64,000 nucleotides of DNA, taken from Pseudomonadota bacterium. Its GTDB lineage: Bacteria > Pseudomonadota > Alphaproteobacteria > RF32 > CAG-239. The notes beneath the pieces are model-generated. The model searched no databases, was not told where the DNA came from, and saw nothing but the letters and a program-made list of their open reading frames with translations. Both the position numbers and the translations under genes were made by a program. This document shows, piece by piece, positions 57,292 through 64,000 of this stretch. The first letter of the stretch is position 1. Every line of letters starts with the position of its first letter. The stretch covers positions 1 through 64,000 of the forward strand of contig CAKJXZ020000021.1 of assembly GCA_918234285.1 (NCBI GenBank), in the 5' to 3' direction.

Positions 57292-58335
57292 TTATTTCAA
57301 ATTGGTCTTAAAGAATTGTTCCATTTTATCAAACGGAATCACATCCGTTTTGTAATACAAGTCAGTATGATTTGCGCCAGGGATAATCATCAGTTCTTTG
57401 TTATCGCCGGTCAGCTTTTTGAAGGCATCTTCCGAGAAATAACGGCTGTGCGCTTTTTCGCCGTGTATCATCAATACCGGCGATTTAATGGTGTCGCTGT
57501 AGGCCAAAATCGGTTGCGTAATTAAAGATAATGCCGATGTAACATTCCAATGCCCGTTGGAATTGATAGAACGGGGATGGAAACCAAGTTTTGTTTTGTA
57601 ATAATTGAAATAGTCTTGAATAAATTGCGGTTCCTCACCGGTTAATTTATCCGGCAAACCCGGAGCTCCGGCAATCGGTGCACCTTGCGCTTCTTTGGTG
57701 CGTTGATTGTTTAAATCTTCACGCATTTTATACAAATCTTCGGCAGACATACTGTCATTATAGCCATGTGCCGTTACTCTTGTCATATCATACATTGTAG
57801 AAGTAACGGTTGCTTTAATACGGGTATCTTGTGCTGCGGCATTCAAAGCAAATCCGCCCCAACCGCAGATACCGACAATACCGATTTTGTTTTCATCAAC
57901 CTCTGGTAAAGTAATTAAATAGTCAATCGCCGCACTAAAATCATCGGTGTTAATATCAGGGCTTGCAACATTACGAACTTCGCCACCGGATTCACCTGTA
58001 AATGACGGGTCAAACGCCAAGGTGACAAAACCTCTTTCCGCCAAGGTCTGCGCATAAAGTCCGGAAGATTGTTCTTTTACGGCACCAAACGGGCCGGAAA
58101 CAGCAATTGCCTGCATTTTGCCTTCCGGCTTGTCTTTCGGTTCATATAAATCACCGACCAACTCAATACCAAATCTGTTCTTAAAGGTTACCTTTTTCAC
58201 ATCAACCTTATCGGACTTTGCAAAAACCTTATCCCATTGTTCATTGTTACCGTCAGCAGCCCTTGCACCGTCAGGTGCGGCAAATACTAAACCTAAAGCT
58301 GTCATTGATAAAGCGCATAATGTTTTGATTTTCAT
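57292..58335 (-). CDS. Exported alpha/beta hydrolase
   Basis: GPFGAVKEQ, FDPSFTGESGG, GICGWGG and GANHTDLY. Confidence 0.9.
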   Translation of the reverse strand: MKIKTLCALSMTALGLVFAAPDGARAADGNNEQWDKVFAKSDKVDVKKVTFKNRFGIELVGDLYEPKDKPEGKMQAIAVSGPFGAVKEQSSGLYAQTLAERGFVTLAFDPSFTGESGGEVRNVASPDINTDDFSAAIDYLITLPEVDENKIGIVGICGWGGFALNAAAQDTRIKATVTSTMYDMTRVTAHGYNDSMSAEDLYKMREDLNNQRTKEAQGAPIAGAPGLPDKLTGEEPQFIQDYFNYYKTKLGFHPRSINSNGHWNVTSALSLITQPILAYSDTIKSPVLMIHGEKAHSRYFSEDAFKKLTGDNKELMIIPGANHTDLYYKTDVIPFDKMEQFFKTNLK

Positions 58336-58389
58336 AAGTTTTCTCCTTGTTTAAAATAATTATTATACCATTATAATCGTTGGAAATAG

Positions 58390-58503
58390 TCATTTGCGCA
58401 ACTGTTTTTTAGCTTTATTCAGAACATAAATTATATTGGCAAACAGCGTGCTGATTTCTTCGTTGTTAATCGGCTTTTTCGGCGCCGCATGAAATATAAT
58501 CAT
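58390..58503 (-). CDS. 37-aa small ORF or gene remnant
   Basis: AAGGAG ribosome-binding site; MIIFHAAPKKPINNEEISTLFANIIYVLNKAKKQLRK. Confidence 0.35.
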   Translation of the reverse strand: MIIFHAAPKKPINNEEISTLFANIIYVLNKAKKQLRK

Positions 58504-58514
58504 CTTCGTTCTCC

Positions 58515-59048
58515 TTATAACAATGTCTCAAAAAGTATTTTAACTAACCACCCAAACATTACCCATTGAAAAATATTCAATAAAGCCGGAATACCCTCAT
58601 CCACGAAGGAATCCATCAAATTATCAAACCATCTGAACAAACGGCTTATAAGAAAGGCCAATACAGATTTTATTTCTTCAGAAATAATTACACAAATGAA
58701 TAATGTATAACAAATTACTGCCCCTACACCTAAATACACAGCAATTTTAAATGCCATTTTTACTACCCACCATGTTTCTGATGGATATATTCCAATTATA
58801 AAAGCCACTAACAAAACAAGAAGCTCCAAGAGCAGAAAAATGCTGCAACCACGTGCTATTCCTTGGCGAGGTATTGTGATAATGTTTCTGTATATTCTGT
58901 AAGCAATATTATTTTCATATCTGATAATTTTATCCTCATCTTCTTGAGATGTGATATCAAAATCTTGAGAAAATATTCCTTTGGCTATCAATTCTTCAGA
59001 ATGCTTTTTTATTCTTTTATTAAAAGCTTTTATCATATCTTGATACAT
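58515..59048 (-). CDS. Hypothetical membrane protein downstream of the SAM riboswitch
   Basis: AGGAG ribosome-binding site before MYQDMIK; two or three hydrophobic helices. Confidence 0.7.
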   Translation of the reverse strand: MYQDMIKAFNKRIKKHSEELIAKGIFSQDFDITSQEDEDKIIRYENNIAYRIYRNIITIPRQGIARGCSIFLLLELLVLLVAFIIGIYPSETWWVVKMAFKIAVYLGVGAVICYTLFICVIISEEIKSVLAFLISRLFRWFDNLMDSFVDEGIPALLNIFQWVMFGWLVKILFETLL

Positions 59049-59093
59049 AGGCAATCTCCTTAAAGTTAAAATCAACACCAACCTTTAAAGAGA

Positions 59094-59126
59094 GCAAAAA
59101 ATAAACCCATCGGTTACGATAGGTTT
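59094..59126 (-). terminator. Riboswitch expression-platform terminator
   Basis: Minus strand AAACCTATCG-TAAC-CGATGGGTTT-ATTTTTT. Confidence 0.8.
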
Positions 59127-59141
59127 AGAGTATAAAATCCG

Positions 59142-59224
59142 CCTATCGTTCAAGCTTTAGCACCGTGCCTTTCGGTCGGTTGCTGTGTGGTCAAAGGGCT
59201 TGTCCCTCGCACACTCTTTATAGG
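59142..59224 (-). ncRNA. SAM-I riboswitch aptamer, compact form without P4
   Basis: CCTATAAAGAG...GAGGGACAAGCCC..TGA...GCAACC...GGTGCTAAAGCTTG..CGATAGG. P1 is CCTAT/ATAGG and the pseudoknot is CAAGC/GCTTG. Confidence 0.85.
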
Positions 59225-59282
59225 TCATTATCAAGTTATATCAAAGTTTTTCATTTGGCAAGCAAAATCGGATTTATAGTTG

Positions 59283-59417
59283 TCAAATTATGGCATTTGT
59301 TTCAAAATGTTCCAAACAACCGGGGCGATAAACGTTCCAAAATGCCTCGCGCACCATATTTTCAACCGGCCGGTAATCTTCCGGTGTTTCCAAGCGAAAT
59401 GTAATATTTTCTGCCAT
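59283..59417 (-). pseudogene. Truncated GNAT (YhbS-like) N-terminus
   Basis: MAENITFRLETPEDYRPVENMVREAFWNVYRPGCLEHF..., stop after 44 aa. Confidence 0.7.
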
Positions 59418-59873
59418 TTATTTTTTCCTTAACACATAACGCGGACCTTCTTCGCCCATTTTACCGTTTGGCGCAAAGCCGCATTTTTCAAGAACTCTTT
59501 GCGAGGCAATATTGTTCGGATCGGCTTCAGCCTCAATTGCCATAACATCAGGATCCCTAAAAGCCCAATCAACAACTGCTTGTACTGCTTCGGTAGCAAA
59601 ACCTTGATTTTGACAGCACTCTGCTATTCCGTAACCGATTTCCGCCACCCCGTTTTCATTAAGTCCCTTAAAGCATAATTCGCCGACATGAGTGCCGTCT
59701 TCAAGTTCAATCATCCAAATGGCATACCAATTCCACTGTTCCTGGTGGGCAAGACTACCGCTCAGCATTTCGCTGTAAGCCGCTTGCAAGTTCTCATCAC
59801 TTTGCGCGGTGATAAACTCTTCCATTTGCTCTTGAGTTGCCGAATATATTTGCAAACGCTTTGTTTTGATCAT
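59418..59873 (-). CDS. RimJ/RimL-type GNAT acetyltransferase
   Basis: EIGYGI...QNQGFATEA...NIASQRVLEKCGF. Confidence 0.9.
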   Translation of the reverse strand: MIKTKRLQIYSATQEQMEEFITAQSDENLQAAYSEMLSGSLAHQEQWNWYAIWMIELEDGTHVGELCFKGLNENGVAEIGYGIAECCQNQGFATEAVQAVVDWAFRDPDVMAIEAEADPNNIASQRVLEKCGFAPNGKMGEEGPRYVLRKK

Positions 59874-59894
59874 GGTTTCACCTGTTTTATGACC

Positions 59895-60545
59895 TCAGCG
59901 ACTGACAAACGCGACGATTTCTTTTTGCAACAGGCGGAACACATTAGCCACCAAATACCCGTCGGCAATCGCGTGATTTAAGCGCACACTTACCGGCATC
60001 ACCAGTCTGCCGTTTTCTTCCCGATATCTTCCCCAGTTCACAATTGGCGCAAAGAACAAATATCCGTCCGGCAATTCAATATTCAGTGAATCATACGAAA
60101 GCCACGAAATATACGAAGCATCAAACCAATTCGGATGATTTTCCATATCCAGCCCGTATTCGCGCGTTTGCTTTGCCTCCTCCACATCTCGCAGCGCGCC
60201 GGCATAAAATGTATCATAGTCCTCGTAATATTGCGTATAAACCGGCGTGCAAGTTTCCGTATCTTCATGAAATACATATTGCGTGGGGTTGACCACATCA
60301 TAGCAAATAAGCTCGCCTGTCTGCCAAAGATAGCCCATGCGATAATCATCACGCGAATTCATTACCTTAGAAAGGATATACAGAAAATTCAGATAAAACT
60401 TTGAATTCGTCCGTTTTGACCAAGACGCAAGCTCGGTAACATCTATCCGCGCCGTCATAGAAGTGGAGCATTTGCAGTCTTCCGAGAAGTGCCGAAACAC
60501 ACCTTTGCGATAATATGTTTCTTTATCAATAACCTTGTAGTTCAT
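59895..60545 (-). CDS. cat: Type A chloramphenicol acetyltransferase-like protein
   Basis: YYRKGVFRHF...SYISWLSY...PIVNWGRY...MPVSVRLNHAIADGY. Confidence 0.85.
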   Translation of the reverse strand: MNYKVIDKETYYRKGVFRHFSEDCKCSTSMTARIDVTELASWSKRTNSKFYLNFLYILSKVMNSRDDYRMGYLWQTGELICYDVVNPTQYVFHEDTETCTPVYTQYYEDYDTFYAGALRDVEEAKQTREYGLDMENHPNWFDASYISWLSYDSLNIELPDGYLFFAPIVNWGRYREENGRLVMPVSVRLNHAIADGYLVANVFRLLQKEIVAFVSR

Positions 60546-60641
60546 ATTTCACAAAACTCCCGAATTTTATTACGTAAGTAAAGAAAAATATCGCCTTTCT
60601 TTATGGTGTTAAACTTCATACACATTCCGGTTTATACGTCT

Positions 60642-61052
60642 TTATTCTTTGGCAACACTCAGAGAATCTGCTTTATCGCCGACATAAGTAACCACAATTT
60701 CGGCATCTTCGGAACCGGTACTTTCACCATAGTGCCAAATATCAACCAGCTCCACAATCGGGTCACCCGGTTTTAATATGAGTACATCGCCGTTTTCCGA
60801 GCGCACAGTCAGTTCGCCCTTGGTCAAATATCCGATATTCAAAATAGGATGCTTATGCATTGCCAACTTCTCGCCGGCCGGAATGGTGATCCGCAGCATT
60901 GTTACTTGCGGATTGTCAATATGAATGGGTTTAATTGCCTGCTTGTTCCAATGTGAATCCGTTTGAATAACGACTTCGGAATTGGCGGCATAAGCCCCCG
61001 AAGACATCAATACGCAAACAGCTAAAAACAGATATTGGATATATTGTTTCAT
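60642..61052 (-). CDS. Exported cupin-domain protein
   Basis: HKHP...GEL...ELVDIWHYG. Confidence 0.85.
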   Translation of the reverse strand: MKQYIQYLFLAVCVLMSSGAYAANSEVVIQTDSHWNKQAIKPIHIDNPQVTMLRITIPAGEKLAMHKHPILNIGYLTKGELTVRSENGDVLILKPGDPIVELVDIWHYGESTGSEDAEIVVTYVGDKADSLSVAKE

Positions 61053-61076
61053 GATAAATTCTCCTGTTACACATTA

Positions 61077-61529
61077 CTATTTCAAACGCGGCTTTTTCGG
61101 TACCGGTTTTTCGTTAGTTTCCGGCTTAAAAGTCGTATTCTGCTCCCACGTTTGGTTACGTCCGATAAAAGCTATTTTGCCTCTGACAATCAACTTATCG
61201 CCTTCGCGCCACAAATCACAATCATAAACCTTCCCTTTTTTCGGATCTAAAATTTCACCGTTGGTATACTTATTTCCGTCCTTTTCCATATCCCAGATGA
61301 TGTCTAACCCCTTGATTAAAGGCTCATCAGGCAACTTTGCCACCGCCTGCTTATTTTGAAATAACTCTACCACTCTGCCGTAAACTTTGCCCTGATATTC
61401 ATAGATTTGTACCACGCTTTTGGCCGTATTTGTTTCATCGTCAATCGTGGTCCAATAACCCTCGACGCCCTCACCGGCCCAAGCCATGCAAGGCATACCA
61501 AGCATTATCAATAACAGCAACTTTCTCAT
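61077..61529 (-). CDS. DUF2147 family protein
   Basis: GYWTTIDDE...GEILDPKKGKVY...RG..IGRNQTW. Confidence 0.88.
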   Translation of the reverse strand: MRKLLLLIMLGMPCMAWAGEGVEGYWTTIDDETNTAKSVVQIYEYQGKVYGRVVELFQNKQAVAKLPDEPLIKGLDIIWDMEKDGNKYTNGEILDPKKGKVYDCDLWREGDKLIVRGKIAFIGRNQTWEQNTTFKPETNEKPVPKKPRLK

Positions 61530-61684
61530 ATTTTTTCTCCCAGTTATTATCGAACACCGCCAGTATAACAAGCACATCGGCCCTGTCAACAAAATAAGTA
61601 ATAAATTATTTAATATTGTGTTTGACATTTGCCGCAAAAGGTATTACATAAACCGACAGGTTAAAAATTATTAAAATACAGCGT

Positions 61685-62230
61685 ATGGATTATTTAAAGT
61701 GTATTGAAAACGAAAAACTGGAAGAACTCCGCCTTTCTGTCTTAGGTCCCGACACCTATATTGAAAGCGCCGAGTTTTGTGTAAAAGAGCTGAGCAGCGA
61801 AGTGCAGGTCTCCTTTATCAAAAAGTTATTGGAGATAAACGAAACACGCAAACCCGATTGGCTCAGATTTATTCAGCGCTACATACTGTATTATCCGATT
61901 TCCGATGATGCAATCAATGTTCTGCTTGAAAACATACATTCTTCCGTGTCTCTCAACTTGCTCATCAAAATTATCAACTCGCAGGGATATAACGAAGCGC
62001 AGGGTAAGTCACTTTGTATTCTCATGTTACATTGTGATGATTTAGAGACTATTCTGGCCCTATCCCGACTGGTTTGTATGCGAGGATGCGGCTTCTCGAT
62101 GGCAATTTATCAACTGTTGAACAACCTGGATAAACATCTGTTGAAATCAGTTTATATCAATACGGAGTTTTTTGCCGACAATTATCTGCAATCAACCGGA
62201 CAATCTCTGCATTTATTTAAGCTTGATTAG
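61685..62230 (+). CDS. Hypothetical protein
   Basis: 181-aa ORF followed by a terminator-like hairpin at ~62231-62263. Confidence 0.65.
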   Translation: MDYLKCIENEKLEELRLSVLGPDTYIESAEFCVKELSSEVQVSFIKKLLEINETRKPDWLRFIQRYILYYPISDDAINVLLENIHSSVSLNLLIKIINSQGYNEAQGKSLCILMLHCDDLETILALSRLVCMRGCGFSMAIYQLLNNLDKHLLKSVYINTEFFADNYLQSTGQSLHLFKLD

Positions 62231-62279
62231 AAAAAAGTCCTGTTTTTATAACAGGGCTTTTTTTGTTCTGAAATTATCG

Positions 62280-62792
62280 TTATTCCACCGGCTCATCCTC
62301 GCCGTATTTCGGGGCTTCCGCCGCGGCCAGCAGTTCATAAAAATACTCAATATCCGCCTTATTTAAGCCTTCATCACACATAATGCTGTAATAACCGGTT
62401 TCGGCGCCGAAATTCACAACCTTATAACTGTTTTCCTCGCCTCGTACGCTGAATTTTACGCCGTTATCCAACGTAACCGTCTTATCGACCGGATATTGAT
62501 TATAGTCGCCGGAAATATCTATGATGCCGTTTTCATCGGCCTCGCCCTCAAAAGTTTGCGCTTTGCGAACAATAACCCTGCGCCCGTCTTTTAACGGAAA
62601 GCGCAACTCCAACATTCCTTCCATCGCCCGCACCGTATAGTTTTTCACTTGGAGCGGAAAGTCAAATCCGGCCTTTTGCGCACCGCAAGCGATGTCACTT
62701 CCGCACTCAACCCACGGATTTATCATACTCTGCGCCGTATGCGCCACCAAAACAACCGCCGCCAAACAAACCATAAAAACAACTTTTTTCAT
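62280..62792 (-). CDS. Exported hypothetical protein
   Basis: Signal peptide MKKVVFMVCLAAVVLVAHTAQS; NPW...AGF...DISGDY. Confidence 0.75.
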   Translation of the reverse strand: MKKVVFMVCLAAVVLVAHTAQSMINPWVECGSDIACGAQKAGFDFPLQVKNYTVRAMEGMLELRFPLKDGRRVIVRKAQTFEGEADENGIIDISGDYNQYPVDKTVTLDNGVKFSVRGEENSYKVVNFGAETGYYSIMCDEGLNKADIEYFYELLAAAEAPKYGEDEPVE

Positions 62793-62855
62793 AATTTTCT
62801 CCTCACTTTGCTGCCATAATATGCCGATTTCACGCAAAAAGCAACAAAAAGGCAC

Positions 62856-63716
62856 TCATTCACACAAATAGGCATTTAACTGCATTATGCCGCTGATGTT
62901 ATCTCCTATCTGCGGCCTATATCCGCCCAAAAGCTCTTTGTTTGCGTAGAGCATAACCCGCATACCTCTTTCATCTTCCGCGCGTTCGCCCGAATAACGC
63001 AAAACCGCTATTTCCATACAATAATATTTTGTGCCGTGATATTTAAATTCGCTGATTGAGTAAATATCCGACGAAAATTCATAAGCATCGTCGCATTGTA
63101 CTACGCCGATAAAATTCATATGGCTGGCATCTGCCGCCTTCAACAGCGTAAAATCATCTTCCGTTTTATCGGGATTTGCCTGTAAAAACTCTTGCAATGC
63201 AACGTCGTAATCTTTTTCTCCTTCATATATTTTTATGCTTCTTGGCGGTGTTTTTATAATATCCCAACCGATGCCGAAAATCATAAATTTCTGCCCTCCG
63301 TTTTGCTCGCCCACACGTTGCGAAAGTTGCTCCTGTTGCCGAAAATACAGCGGATTAAACATCCACATCGGCGCCGCATCGTTTTTCCGTAATTTGACGT
63401 ATCCTTCTATATTATCTTCATCGCTCCCCAGCATATCACAAAAGACCAGTTCATTTTCCACTCCTTGGCAAAAAGGGAAAATTGATAAGAATAAATTGGC
63501 GTCTTTTTCGTGTTTCATAATACTGTTAAACATAAGCTTTGACCTAAATGGTCTATACTCCCCAAAGCTGTAATCTTTTACCGCAAACGGCACATCCGAT
63601 CTGGCAACAGCATGCGATATTGTATCAGCAAGCGGCTTGGCATAGTCATTACCCCACAGGGCGGACCATATATTGCCGGCATATAAAAACTCAAGCTCGG
63701 ATTTATCTTTTTCCAT
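62856..63716 (-). CDS. Hypothetical protein
   Basis: GAGGAG ribosome-binding site; C-terminal GYRPQIGDNISGIMQL. Confidence 0.75.
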   Translation of the reverse strand: MEKDKSELEFLYAGNIWSALWGNDYAKPLADTISHAVARSDVPFAVKDYSFGEYRPFRSKLMFNSIMKHEKDANLFLSIFPFCQGVENELVFCDMLGSDEDNIEGYVKLRKNDAAPMWMFNPLYFRQQEQLSQRVGEQNGGQKFMIFGIGWDIIKTPPRSIKIYEGEKDYDVALQEFLQANPDKTEDDFTLLKAADASHMNFIGVVQCDDAYEFSSDIYSISEFKYHGTKYYCMEIAVLRYSGERAEDERGMRVMLYANKELLGGYRPQIGDNISGIMQLNAYLCE

Positions 63717-63727
63717 TATATTCCTCC

Positions 63728-64000
63728 TCAAAACACCGGATCACAATAATTAAACGCACATTCCTTTATATTGGATTGGTCCGGCAGAACGCATTTTGCC
63801 ATACATTCCTCATAGTCGCCGTCTACCGAATACGGTGCAAACAGCAAAAATACCAAAAACAACCACAAAAATCCGAGAGGGATAACGGCTATATAATAGG
63901 TATACGCCAGAATTCGCTTATACATCTTATCATACTTTTTATGAGCCGAAATACACAGCCGGCAAATAGCATACAGCATCCAAAACAACAACAGAAAATA
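63728..64000 (-). CDS. Membrane protein, C-terminal part; start lies outside the window
   Basis: Hydrophobic helices followed by a Cys-rich tail. Confidence 0.55.
   Translation of the reverse strand, partial: YFLLLFWMLYAICRLCISAHKKYDKMYKRILAYTYYIAVIPLGFLWLFLVFLLFAPYSVDGDYEECMAKCVLPDQSNIKECAFNYCDPVF

Overview
The window has two parts. The left part (1 to 37,637) is the right-hand portion of an AT-rich integrative island. It ends at a 17-bp duplicated tRNA-Gln 3' end (attR-like, 37621-37637). The island carries a six-gene type I BREX operon (brxA-brxB-brxC-pglX-pglZ-brxL), two Mpi-like serine invertases, hipBA, an iteron origin with a Rep-like winged-helix gene, a tyrosine recombinase, a DUF488-DUF488-dual-OB cassette, three ankyrin proteins, two J-domain proteins and a DriD-like WYL regulator. 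Two candidate undescribed systems stand out. (a) A local DriD-type regulon: three CGnCA-N5-TGnCG boxes lie upstream of a PD-(D/E)XK nuclease, a 20-aa repeat protein, and an operon with two paralogous small proteins, two catalytically degenerate DnaB-like proteins and an ankyrin protein. (b) A 160-bp segment bounded by a perfect 14-bp inverted repeat contains back-to-back promoter-like elements between brxA and an Mpi-like invertase, which suggests an invertible, phase-variable BREX promoter. The right part (38 to 64 kb) is chromosomal accessory DNA. It holds a 4205-aa LktA/FHA-type exoprotein with a C-terminal PilZ-like domain, a bile acid:Na+ symporter, Vat/CatB-like, CAT and GNAT acetyltransferases, a flavodoxin/4Fe-4S/hydrolase unit, and a SAM-I riboswitch upstream of a hypothetical membrane protein. 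The host is probably an alphaproteobacterium (inference, mainly from the DriD-like regulator). All family assignments come from recognising motifs by eye; no searches were run.
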